A stretch of DNA of 64,000 nucleotides from assembly GCA_036785375.1 (NCBI GenBank), contig JAWMAR010000451.1, positions 1,178,001-1,242,000 on the forward strand. Reading direction: 5' to 3'. Shown here piece after piece: positions 1 through 12,660 of this stretch. The position numbers and the translations under genes are program-made. Every line of letters starts with the position of its first letter. Positions within the stretch are counted from its first letter, which is position 1. The DNA comes from Leucoraja ocellata. Its lineage: Eukaryota. Below the pieces are notes generated by a model. That model was given only the letters and a program-made list of their open reading frames with translations. It did no database searches and was not told the origin of the DNA.

Positions 1-340
1 GGCAGCAGCTCTATTAGTTATGCCACTGTTTACCATCCACATACAAAATATAGTATCAAAGCACTTGGAGTGACTCCAAGGAGTCTTGGTAAAATTGAAG
101 TTAATGGATAACAAATGGAAAACATTTCAATGCTTGGAATCACGGTTCACACAACGGAAGAAGGTTGGAGTTCAACTTCTTGACCCCAGGACGTTGATGT
201 GGAGTGCCACAGAAAAATGCTACAGGTAATACTGCCACCTTGATAAAGGTTTTCTCTTCTCTGCAATAGGAGTTCTGTGAAACTATTTCTCTCTGCTCCT
301 CCTCTGTGGTTTATACTGCTCTGCTGGTCTTCAACCATCT

Positions 341-1404
341 TCTTGTCACAATGGCAGGCAGTGACTAGTGGGGTACCGCAAGGCTCAGTGCTGGGACCCC
401 AGCTATTTACAATATATATTAATGATCTGGATGAGGGAATTGAAGGCAATATCTCCAAGTTTGCGGATGACACTAAGCTGGGGGGCAGTGTTAGCTGTGA
501 GGAGGATGCTAGGAGATTGCAAGGTGACTTGGATAGGCTGGGTGAGTGGGCAAATGTTTGGCAGATGCAGTATAATGTGGATAAATGTGAGGTTATCCAT
601 TTTGGTGGCAAAAACGGGAAAGCAGACTATTATCTAAATGGTGGCCGATTGGGAAAGGGGGAGATGCAGCGAGACCTGGGTGTCATGGTACACCAGTCAT
701 TGAAGGTAGGCATGCAGGTGCAGCAGACAGTAAAGAAAGCGAATGGTATGTTAGCTTTCATAGCAAAAGGATTTGAGTATAGGAGCAGGGAGGTTCTACT
801 GCAGTTGTACAGGGCCTTGGTGAGACCACACCTGGAGTATTGCGTACAGTTTTGGTCTCCAAATCTGAGGAAGGACATTATTGCCATAGAGGGAGTGCAG
901 AGAAGTTTCACCAGACTGATTCCTGGGATGTCAGGACTGTCTTATGAAGAAAGACTGGATAGACTTGGTTTATACTATCTAGAATTTAGGAGATTGAGAG
1001 GGGATCTTATAGAAACTTACAAAATTCTTAAGGGGTTGGACAGGCTAGATGCAGGAAGATTGCTCCCGATGTTGGGGAAGTCCAGGACAAGGGGTCACAG
1101 CTTAAGGATAAGGGGGAAATCCTTTAAAACCGAGATGAGAAGAACTTTTTTCACACAGAGAGTGGTGAATCTCTGGAACTCTCTGCCACAGTGGGTAGTT
1201 GAGGCCAGTTCATTGGCTATAATTTAAGAGGGAGTTAGATGTGGCCCTTGTGGCTAAGGGGATCAGAGGGTATGGAGAGAAGGCAGGTACGGGATAGTGA
1301 GTTGGATGATCAGCCATGATCATATTGAATGGCGGTGCAGGCTCGAAGGGCCTAATGGCCTACTCCTGCACCTAATTTCTATGTTTCTATGTTTCTATGT
1401 TTCT
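341..1404 (+). mobile_element. CR1 LINE (subfamily A), 5'-truncated, RT C-terminus plus 3' UTR
   Basis: ORF 277..1227 with [17 protein letters not shown] and LVRPHLEYC; (TTTCTATG)n tail. Confidence 0.95.
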
Positions 1405-1532
1405 GCACTGGCAGTTAAAATCAGATGCTGAAGTCCTGGTCTAATTTTTTAAGCAAGAACATAAATTGGTTACTGCAATATACAGATCAGTAAATGCGGT
1501 GAATAGTACTCCCAAAGTATTTACACATGTGA

Positions 1533-1653
1533 AAAGGCAGGTACGAGATACTGAGTTGGATGATCAGCCATGATCATATTGAATGGCGGTGCAGGCTCGA
1601 AGGGCCGAATGGCCTATTCCTGCACCTAATTTCTATGTTTCTATGTTTCTATG
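1533..1653 (+). mobile_element. CR1 subfamily A 3' UTR fragment
   Basis: Near-identical to 1279-1400, same tail. Confidence 0.9.
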
Positions 1654-2000
1654 AATGTGCTGCAAGAAAATATGTTGGGGAATGGGATTAATGGGATGGC
1701 TTGGAGGGCCTATGTGGGCCTCTTTCTATGTTGTAAAGAAATATGAGAATTATGAGTTTATTAGAGCAACCATCTTCAGTTGATCACCAGTGATCTTTCT
1801 ATCATAAAGTGATTGCACACTGTTCAGTTCCATTTACAACTCCTCAAACGAAAAAGCAGACTACATCTGGATTTAGCAGTTCTCAGCCAACATTTAAACA
1901 TGGACTGATACTGTATTTGGGAAGTAACATTTGTATACTGTATGTTTTCCCAGGTTACAAAAGCCCGACTTACATACAGCCTGCACATACTTTAGAGATT

Positions 2001-2312
2001 TAGACTTTTTGACTTTAGAGACACAGCGTGGAAACAGGCCCTTAGGCCCACCAAGTCCGTGCCGACCAGTGATCACCTCATACACTAGAACTATTGTACA
2101 CAATAGGGCCGATTTACAATTTTCCAAATCCAATTAACCTACAAACCTGTACGTCTTTGGAGTGTTGGATGAAACTGGAGCACCCAGAGAAAACCAAAGG
2201 TCACAGGGAGAACGTACAAACTCCATACAGATGGCACACCTAGTCAGGGTGGAACTCAGGTTTCTGGTGCTGTCGGTCAGCCAACTCTACCGCTGCACCG
2301 CTGTTCCACCCT
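2001..2312 (-). mobile_element. tRNA-derived V-SINE (HE1-like)
   Basis: On the minus strand: tRNA-like head, V-domain-like core (GGTTTTCTCTGGGTGCTCCAGTTTC), CR1-like tail. Confidence 0.75.
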
Positions 2313-3129
2313 GGACACACGATCAAGCATTTGGGAGACCGGTGGGATAGATTTACAGGCTGATGTGGGACTGCAGTATGAAAATCTACCATGTGGGACC
2401 CTGATTTGTGACAATATCAAAGTGGTTGAGTTAAACACCTGAGTTTAATGACACATCGGGCTTGGTTGGCTTATATTTTTAATTTAATACACCCAAATTA
2501 GCTGATTTACTGGGCACAGGGAATGGGGTGTCATTGATGTGGCACCAAGAAAGCAAGCTTACACAAAGCATAATCTTTTGAGATGTACATAATGGCTAGA
2601 GACTAGAATAACCTTCTGGCTAATTTTCAAAATGTACCTTTGAAATAATTTTCTATGTCTTCCACAGAGTCTGCCACAGAAAAGGCACCTCTGACATCAT
2701 AATATTCATATGTTTATGTCATCTGCAAACTTACTAATCATGCCTTGAACATTCTCAATCAAATTGTTTAAATAAATGATGAACAACAATGGGCCCCACA
2801 CCCATTGGGGAGGGGGAGGGAGGGAGGGGCATGTATGTAGAAGTTACTTAAAATTAGGGAATCAATGCATATACCGTTAGGCTGTAATGCTGACTACCCC
2901 ATACCAGTCCCTGACCATCCAAATATTTGTATATCCCATTCTCCTCCAAGAATCTCCTCCATCAACTTACCCACCATTGATGTCAGGCCAATTATGGATT
3001 TGGTTCCCTAGCTTTTCCTGGCTGTTCTTCTTCAATAACACCACATTAGCCACTCTCTAGTCATCAGGAACTTGTGGCTAAAGGTGTGGAAAAAGATGTT
3101 ATGGCTTCCACAATTTATTTTGCAGAAGT

Positions 3130-3405
3130 TTTTAAGGGACAGAAGTTTAGTGGTAACATGAGGGGAAACTTTTTTACTCAGAGAGTGGTAGCTGTGTGCA
3201 ATGAGCTTCCAGTGGAAGTGGTGGAGGCAGGTTCGATTTTATCATTTAAAAATAAATTGGATAGGTATATGGATGAGAAAGGAATGGAGGGTTATGGTCT
3301 GAGTGCAGGTAGATGGGACTAGGGGAGAATAAGTGTTCGGCATGGACTAGAAGGGCGAGTTGGCCTGTTTCCGTGCTGTAATTGTTATATAGTTATATGG
3401 TTATA
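3130..3405 (+). mobile_element. CR1 subfamily B 3' end
   Basis: FFTQRVV...NELP motif; (TTATATGG)-type tail shared with 25341. Confidence 0.88.
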
Positions 3406-4054
3406 AAGGTCAGAGAATGCACTTTATCAGACCTTTGGGATATATCCATCACAACTCATTTGCCTAGATTCCTCATCTTCCACAGTAAAAACTGATGTGA
3501 AAAAATTGTTAAAATTCTCACCAATCTCCAGTGACTCCACATTCCACACATGGATGGCTATGCTATTTTTTTTAATGGACCTATGCTCTTTCCAGCCACT
3601 CTTTTAATCTTAATATATCTGTAGATTATTTTTGTATTTTCCTTTACCTTGTCTGTCAGATCCATCTCATGTTTCCCTTTTGCCCTCCTGATGTCCCTCT
3701 TAAGAGAGTTTCTGAACACGAACTTGAAATTGCAACTTTTCTTTTTGGTTTTGGGGACTTTGGAAGTAGAACCTAATAAAACGCAATTAATATTTTATTT
3801 CAAACATTTGTTGGATTTTGACGATAGTTAACAGCAGTTCCATTGGTTTGTTGCACTGAAAGGTGCAAATGAGGAAGACAGAATTTTACATGCTTGGCTG
3901 TACAGGTAATTCTGGAGAATAACCTAAAGATTAATATTATGCATAAATAATTTAGCATAAACACAATAGTTTGACTTCGCGGGGGTAAAATACAAATAGG
4001 TTTACTTATGTGTCTCCTGTGTTAGTGGAAGCTCAGCACAATAACTGGCCGATT

Positions 4055-4590
4055 GTTGCTGGGATACTGAAATAGAAACTATCCATTGCTGTGCATTCCT
4101 TTCCAGAGTTGTCGGTTACTAAGAAACCGAGATTATATAATCTGTTTCCAGATTCACCTTTCACTGGCTCACGCTACTGTTCAAAGCCCGAAATCAAATC
4201 TTTTCTCTCATGCAATAAATAAAGTAACCTGTCTTTAGTGTTTCTTTGTTTTAATTGGGTCCTTTCCAGAAATGTTTTCCGGATGCGATCGTTTCCAAGG
4301 CTCCAAGACATTGAAGTGCGAACCTGGGGACAGAGAGAATTAGCTGCCACATTTCTTCGGAGAGCCTTTCTCCAGGCTTGCCTTGGTCATTCGCCTCGGC
4401 TGAGAGCAATGGCTGACAACGAGAACGCAGCGGCGACCAACACTGAATCTCCTGAAGATACACCAGGAGCGAAAGAGTTGGACAAAGTGCCGTCAGCTAA
4501 ACCTGACACCGAGCTCTCACCTCCGCTCATCTCCATCGATTCCAGTTATGACAAATGTGAGTCCATACATTAACAGTTGTTACTAGCGAC
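4055..4590 (+). promoter_or_regulatory. Putative dynein promoter with RFX X-box-like motifs and a TATA-like element
   Basis: GTTGCTGGGATAC 4055-4067, GTTACTAAGAAAC 4115-4127, TATATAA 4134-4140, GTTACTAGCGAC 4579-4590; locally CpG-enriched. Confidence 0.6.
4409..4556 (+). CDS. dnah5l: Dynein HC coding exon 1 ([17 protein letters not shown]...SYDK)
   Basis: ATG in good Kozak context (gcaATGG), locally CpG-rich, donor GTGAGT at 4557; phase 1 matches the next exon. Confidence 0.72.
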
Positions 4591-7500
4591 AAAGACAACA
4601 AAGTAAACTTTTATGTAATTTCAGCATAAAACTCGTTTAAAACTGCATTGGCAGTCGAAGTAGAATTAGGGAATGAATTGGCCAATTATGACTTTGGAAG
4701 TTTTGAGCAAAAGCATTATTGGAGTAGATTGTTCAACAAATTGTTTGTTAACTCCTTAGAATGCTCAAATAAAGGAGCAAGTGTCAAGCAACTTGGGGTG
4801 GAGATAGTCTGCTTAGTGGATAGGGTCATGCAATGAATGAATTAAGTGTGTTTAAATCATGTTATTGCAAACATGGAATACATGTTAAGAGAAAGTACAT
4901 TACTTATGGGGGGGGGGGGGGTAAGTAAGGTATCCTGATCCATGTCCCAGTAAGTGTCCTTTATTCTTAATATCACAGGAGCACACACAATCCAGCAGAC
5001 CTCTTTATTTGGATGGAAACATAGAATATAATAAATACCTTGAATTGATCTTCTTTGCACATGGACCTCCCCAAGTATAGAATGTGTTGGTTTGTTGAGG
5101 CTCTTCAAATGTCATTGGTGCAGAGGAAATAAAGGGCAACAAAATCTAAATAATTTACTAAGGAATTAACTACTGTGCATCAGTGATGGAGTGTACTTAA
5201 AGTTATATTCCAACCCTCATTATTGAACAAGTTAAATATGTTGTAGAGTCATAGAGTCATACAGCATGGAAATAGGCCCTTTGGACCAACATGTCCATGC
5301 CAACCAAGATACCCCATCCATACTAGGCCAATAGCCCTCAAAACCTTTCCTATCCATGTACCTGTCCAAATGCCTTATAACAATTGCAATAGTACCTGCC
5401 TCAACTACCTCCTCTGGCTGCTCACTCCATATACCCATCATCCTATATGTGAAAAAGGTTGCACCTCAGATTCCTATTAAATCTTTCCCCCTCTCACCTT
5501 AAACCTATGTCCTCCTGATCTTGATTCCCCAACTCTGGGTAAAAGACTGCATTTATTATATTGATTTTCTTCATGCTCTTATAGTAGATGGCATAACAGG
5601 AATAGAAGAAATAGGAGCAGGATACCATCATAAGGCCTCTTGTGCCTGCACTACATTCACTAAGTGCATAGCTAACCTGATCATTGAACTCCACACTTTC
5701 CTGCCTGATCCCTATTGTCCTTTGATTTTCCCTAAAGAGGAAAGCAAAGATTTTGATAACATGTCTCATCAAAGGTTCAAAGGTCAGTTTATTGTCACAT
5801 ATATCAAATAAGGTACAGTGAATTTCCGTACAGCCATATTTAAAAAAAAAGCAACAAGACACACAACTACATAAAAGTTAACATAACCATCCACCACAGT
5901 GGATTCCCCACATTCCTCATTGTGATGGTAGGGAATAAAGTCCAATTTCTTCTTTATTCTCCTGCGGTTGGGGCAGTCGAACCATCTGAAGTTGGGGAGA
6001 TTGAAGCTCCATGATGTTAAAGTCTGCAGGCTCCCGCAGTTGGAGCTCCCAAAATCGGTCTCCAGCAGAGGCCGCCAACTCCACGATGTTAGGCCGCAGT
6101 GCGGACGGAGATAAAATACGGAATAAAATTGCATCTCTGTCGAAGTAAGAGATTAAAAAAAGTTTTTCCCTACCCTCCACATAAAACAAGTTAAACACTA
6201 AAACATACATTTAACACATACTAAAAAAAATAGCAAAGAAGGAAGGGACGAGACAGACTATTGGCGAGGCAGCCATTGTTGGCGCCACCCGGCACCGAAG
6301 CTCAAAATAAAGTTCAGTATTCATGAATTCGGGGTATTTGACGAGAAGGCCTACCGGGATGAGGTGGCTGGTCTAGCACTCTGGTGCCAGGATAACATCC
6401 TCCTCTTGAACATCAAAAAAACGAAGGAGCTGATCATGGACTTTAGGAGGGCACATCATCCGAGGACATACACTCCATTGAGGATAAATGGGGATCCTGT
6501 GGATAGGGTGAACTGTTTTAAATATCTGGGAGTCCACATCTCCGAGGATATGACATGGGCATCACACGCCTCAGCACTCGTGAGTAAGGCAAGGCAGTGC
6601 CTTTACCACCTCAGGCAATTGAGGAAATTCAGAGTGTCTCCGAGGATCCTCCAGTGCTTCTACGCAGCGGCGGTGGGAAGCATCTTGTCCGGGAACATTA
6701 CCATCTGGTTTGGGAATTGCTCTGCGAAGGACAAGAAGGCTCTGCAGAGAGTAGTGCGTTCAGCCGAACGCACTATGGGAACTTCACTTGCCCCCCTGCA
6801 GGAACTATACATCAGGAGGTGCTACTCCAGAGCCAACAATATCATGAGAGACCCCTTCCATCCTTGCAATGGACTGTTGCAGCTGCTACGGTCAGGTAAA
6901 CGCCTCCATTGCCATGCGGTGAGAACGGAGAGGTTGAGAAGGAGTTTCTTCCCAGAGGCCATTCGGACTGTAAACGCCTATCTCACCAGGGACTAACTCT
7001 ACTGAACGTTTTTCCTTCCATTATTTATTATGTAAAAGAATATGTGTGTTATGATTGTGTTTATAGTTTGTTTGGTTGTTTGGTTGTTTGTCTTTTTGCA
7101 CAAAAGTCCACGAGCATTGCCACTTTCATTTCACTGCACAGCTCGTATATGTATGTGACAAATAAACTTGACTTGACTTGACTTGACTTGGTAACACAAT
7201 GGATTGAAGGATATAGCTATGAAGCAGAAAAACAGAAGTGGGAGTGAGACAAGATTCGAAAATTGGTTTGGAGTAGAAGACAATATCTCACATACAGCAA
7301 TGTTGTTCATGGTGTAAACACTTACACTCAGAAATTGCATATAAACAAAACTTGCAATTGATTGCACGATTAAACTGAATTCAGTCTAATAATGTGTGAA
7401 TAAAAAAGAAAAAATACAGATGCTAGAAATCTGTAATAAAAACAGAGACTTGGTAATATAGATATCCATTCTCATTCTAAGCAGCAGTGACTGATATAAT

Positions 7501-10500
7501 ACTTTATCAAGACCATACTCTGTGATAATCGTAGTTAAAAATACATTGATGCTTCATATGTACTGCACAGCTTTCATTGAAATCAAGGTAACATACCCGG
7601 GTAGACTAGCAACTAATTCCCATGAATGAAATTATGCCATCAGATAAAAATTATTTACATACATGAAATTATACCATTAATGATTTATTTGCAGAGAAAT
7701 ATACACACACAAATACAAATTTACTTATTTACTTATCTGCAAAGCTTTGTTCCAAATTATACTTAACGTAAAATGTTTACATTAATTTTAAATACATTTA
7801 CAACTTGTGCACAGCAATAATACAGAAAACTATTAAACTCCAACAACTAATGATTTGGTACATTGCTGCATATCATGACTCAATGATAACTGTCTATAAT
7901 TTAGTTTCCTTTTAGCATCCTCCATCATCTTCTTCACTTTCTTCTCAGTGGGCACACAGCTGCTCCCTCACAGCTCCAGCAAACTGGGTTTGAAAATGAC
8001 CTCAGATGCTGCCTGTGTGGAGTCTGCATGTTCTCCCCCTGACTACATGGATCTCTTTCCTCTGGGACCTGCAGTTGCCTCTCACATTTCAAACATGTGC
8101 TGGTAGGTGACTTGGCAATTGTTATTTGCCCCAAGTGTAAATGACTGGTCCGAGAATTTGGGGGAAGAGGTTTGTTGGGAAAAATATAAAATGCTGGAAA
8201 AGTTAACATTTTAGGACAAAGATTCTTCATTAGAACTGAGAAAGAGGGGAAACTGGTTAGTCTATATTGCAGAGAAAGCGTTGGAGGGCAATGAGTGACA
8301 CAATGGGAATATCTGTAACAGGGTAAATGATTTAGCTATCAAGGGGTTATTTAATGTGTTGCTGGTATTATGCAATCTAGAAAATGTTATATAGTCTGGC
8401 CTACTGGAATAAGTACAGGAGGGCAGGAAACACACAAATGAAAGAAAGGGGAAGAGCTAAATCAGGCCCGTACGAAGCTTTTTTAAAAGGGGGGTGGCAT
8501 GACAGGATTACAAAAAACGTATTGTGAAAGGGTGTGAAGCGTGATGTCCCTCGATGCCAGGGTCTGGGATTTTAGATGCTCTCTGATGCATTCTGAGCCT
8601 TATTTTGGAGCATTTTTGCACCAAATTTATGACCAATATTTCAGAAATTAACAGGAATCTGGGAAATAGCTTTTTTACACAAAGGGTGCTGGGTGTATGT
8701 AACAGTTTGCTGGAGCTGTGAGGCAGCAGCTGTGTGCCACTGAGAAGAAAGTGAAGAAGATGATGGAGGATGCTAAAAGGAAACTAAATTATAGACAGTT
8801 ATCATTGAGCCAGAGGAGGTAGTTAAGGCTGGGACTATCCTAATGTTTAAGAGACATTTGGACATGTACATGGATATGACAGATTTAGATGAATATGGAC
8901 CAAATGCGTGTGAGTGGGACTAGTGTAGATGGGACATGTTGGTCAGTGTGGGCAAGTTGGGCTGAAGGGCCTGTTTCCACACTGCATCACTCTATGACTA
9001 AAAAGTGAAGAAGAAAAATAAATGTAGATAAGTAGAGCAGATTTGAAAGAGGAGTGAAATGTAAAGTGTAAAAGAGAGAGGTTTATGGGTGGAAAGGAAC
9101 ATAGGAAAGGAGGGGGGGGGGAGAGTGGGCTTGGGCAGATGGGTGAAGGGACAATAGTCACAAAGTGCTGGAGTAACTCAGTGGGTCAGGCAGCATCTGT
9201 GGAGAATATGTATAGGCAACGTTTCACAGAGTGCTGGAGTAACTCAGCGAGTCAGGCAGCATCTGTGGAGAACATGGATAGGTGACATGTCACAGAGTGC
9301 TGGAGTAACTCAGTGAGTCAGGCAGCATCTCTGGAGAAAAGGTATAGATTATAGTTCGGGTCAAGACCGTTCTTCAGTAATATTCATGATGTGCCAAAAT
9401 GTTCCTGAATGTTACCCAAAACCATCGTGAGCTACTTTGTTACCGTGCTTGCCCTCTCCTATAACGTCTCTGCTGCCTTGGGTGATGCAGGACAGGACAC
9501 AAGCTTTGGGACATAGTGTGAAGCTGTTGCCGTCTGTCCCAGCGTGGTAAAAACCTGGATGGAGTGGATTTGGTGAGGATGTTTCCACTAGTGGGAGAGT
9601 CTAGGACCAGTGGCCACAGCCTCAGAATTAAAAGTAATTCCTTTAGGAAGGAGATGAGCAGGAATTTCTTAAGTCAGAGGGTGGTGAACTGTGGAATTTA
9701 TTGCCACAGACAGCTGTGGAGGTCAAGTCATTTTTCAGGAGGAGATTGATAGATTCTTGATTGATACGGGTGTCGGAGGTAATGGGGAGAATGGGTTTGA
9801 GAGGGAAAGATAGATAGTCATAGAGTGATACAGTGTGGAAACAGGCCCAGCATGTCTCATCTGCACTTGTCCGACCTGCCCACGTTTGATCCATATCCCT
9901 CCGAATCTGTTGTCCTATCCATGTACCTGTCTTAACTGTTTCTTAAATGTTGTGATAGTCCCTGTCTCAACTACCTCCTCTGGCAGCTTGTTCCATACAC
10001 CTACCACCCTTTGTGTGAAAAGCATACCCCACAGATTCCTATTAAATCTTTTGCCCTTCACCTTAAACTTATGTCCTCTGCTCTTCGATTCTCTTACTCT
10101 GGGCAAAAGACTCGACCATATCCATTCAAATCATGATTTTATACACCTTATTAGATCATCCCTCATCCTCCTGTGCTCCATGAAATAGAGTCCCAGCCTA
10201 CTCACCCTATAGCTCTGGTCCTCTAGACCTGGCAACATCCTCGTAAATCTTCACTGTACCCTTTCCAGTTTGATGACATCTTTCCTATAACATGGTGCCC
10301 AGAACTGAATACAATATTCTGAATGCGGCCTCACCAACTTCTTATGCAACGCAACATGACTTCCCAACCTCTATACTCAGCCTGACCCGCTGAGTTACTC
10401 CAGCACTCTGTGAAACGTCACAGAACAGGGCAAGACTAGCAAGTTTTCTGATGATACAGAAGTGAGTGGTTTTGTAGATAGTGAAGATGATTGTGAAAGA

Positions 10501-12590
10501 TTACAGCAGGATCTGGATCAATTAGCGAGGTGGACAGAGGAATTGTTGATGGTTGCATGGTTCCTTCGAGTCGCAGGTACATCAGATAGTCAAAAAGTAT
10601 TTTGGCACTTTGGCCTTCATCAGTCAGAGTATTGAGTATAGAAGTTGGGAGATCTTTCCCTCTCAAACCCATTCTCCTGCCCTCCCCATTACCACCGACA
10701 TCCGTATCAATCAAGAATCTATCATTTTCTCCCAGTGGGGGTGGTGTGGGCCCAGCGGGGGTCAGTGGGGGTAGCGTGGGCCCAGCGAGGGTCAGCGGGG
10801 GTGGCGTGGGCCCAGTGGGGGTCAACGGAGGTGGCGTGGCCCAGTGGGGGTCAGCGGGGGTGGCGTGGGCCCAGTGGGGGTGGCATGGGCCCAGCGGGGG
10901 TGGCATGGGCCCAGTGGGGATCAGCGGGGGTGGCGTGGGCTCAGCGGGGGTGGCGTGGGCTCAGCGGAGGTGGCGTGGGCCCAGCGGGGGTGGCATGGGC
11001 CCAGTGGGGGTCAGCGGGGGTGGGGTGGGCTCAGCGGGGGTGGCGTGGGCCCCAGCGGGGGTGGCGTTGGCTCAGCGGGGGTGGCATGGGCCCAGGGGGG
11101 TGGCATGGGCCCAGTGGGGGTCAGCGGGGGTGGGGTGGGCGGGAGATGGGTTGGGCCCTGGCGGCGGGGGGAAGCGAGGGGAGCGAGCCCTGCCGCAGCG
11201 GCGTCTGGTGTTGGGGTTACAGCCACTGGGTTCAGATTCAGCCACTCCCGCCCGGCGACGGGAGAACAGAGAACTTTTTTCTTACTCTGGGGGAAAAAAG
11301 GGGTGTGTGGTCGCACCCAACGTACCCCTCCCTTCGGACAGCCTGTAAATAGCAAGCCAAAATGACCAGTTCTGATACAGAGCAAGTTGTCTAGATTTAA
11401 AAAAATCAGAACTGAGTACTGCAGGCTGCACTGTGGCCAGGTGTAAAATGAGATTTTATTCCTTGAGCTTGCATTGGGCCTTGTTGTAACAACACAAAAT
11501 GCTACAGTGTGAAAGGTAGTTAGAAGCTTTTCCTAATTTTTGACTAGGCACCTGTTTTTCCAAATTCTTGTGAAGTGACCCAGGCACAAGGGAACACTAA
11601 ATAGAACATATAATTTCCAGTAATATTTGTTAAACAATGCAAATATGTACAATAAAGGCTCGAATGCAGCAACAAATTGTTAAAATGCCAAGCAAAGAAA
11701 ATTGCAAGCATTTTCATATGCCTTAATGGGAATGCAAAATCACATTTTTCAAAAGGCATTAAATGATTTATGTAACTTTTTCTAAAAGATTAATGCACTT
11801 CATAATTGGTGAATGCTTTTGAATGGTACGATGATTATTTAATAGATAATATATGGCAACATTTTACAAAAATCAATTGTATGACTGAATAACCAGCTAA
11901 TTGAGGTTGTTTGACTGTTTGAATAGGTGCCTGGCTAGCATTAAGGATCCTTTACTTCAACCAAGTGCAAATAACTGGTATTATTGTGCTGTTTTCATAG
12001 GATTTTGTGTCATTATCAGTCAGTCCTTTTCTGGTTTATACACGAACACGTTCTCAGACCTTTCATCTTCTTCAAGATGATTTTATTGAACATTGAATAT
12101 CTCTGACATATTCTGACTTTATATTTATTCCTATCACTGTAAACTCCTGTTACAAATAAGTTCTTCAAAGGATCTTCAATTTTTTTGAAGTCTTCCCTTG
12201 CCACTAGTTTACTTTCCTGCAGAGGAAACTCACAAACATTTGACTTAATTTCTCATGCTTTATTAATACTTTCCCATTTGATTTCTTGTGAATTATTATA
12301 TTCTCTATTATGACTATTTTACGGCAGAGAACATTATCTTTTCTGCCCCTGAATATCATTCATAGATACTTATCAAAACCTTAACCTCATGTGTCTATCT
12401 CTGTGTATTAAAACACAGCTTGGGCCAATCTCTTGCTCATCATTCCTTCAGTTTCCATTATGGCATCATTTACTGGATTAAAAAAATCTGATTTCAATTA
12501 TCACATATATTGTGCTTTATCTTGTGTCTAGGTTATCTATTCTCATCAAATGTCACCTTTTTTCACTTCTGTCCTGCTACTGAAACTTTA

Positions 12591-12660
<70 letters not shown>

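Larger units (their letters stand above)
8463..11345. mobile_element. Putative non-autonomous DNA transposon (hAT-like termini) with nested CR1/Penelope fragments and a minisatellite
   Basis: Left end CAGGCCCGTACGAAG, right end CTTCGGACAGCCTG (imperfect TIR); TAAAT directly flanks both ends. Confidence 0.45.

Noticed and set aside
147-911. Minus-strand ORFs overlapping CR1 (also 19237, 26440, 42763)
   Set aside because: They are antisense shadows of CR1 ORF2.
277-1227. 316-aa RT ORF as a domesticated gene
   Set aside because: It is a 5'-truncated young CR1 fused by chance to flanking sequence, with a GTG start, a terminal frameshift and a normal CR1 tail.
4238-4408. Upstream in-frame extension of exon 1 in the ORF track
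   Set aside because: It begins at a GTG, not an ATG. The first ATG with good Kozak context is at 4409, so this is likely 5' UTR.
10436-11385. Overlapping Gly/Pro/Trp-rich ORFs of 124-248 aa
   Set aside because: They are translations of a stop-free G-rich minisatellite in several frames, with no splice or homology support.
12016-12220. Minus-strand 62-aa ORF preceded by an acceptor-like CTCTGCAG
   Set aside because: No recognisable homology or partner exons; possibly a decayed LINE fragment.
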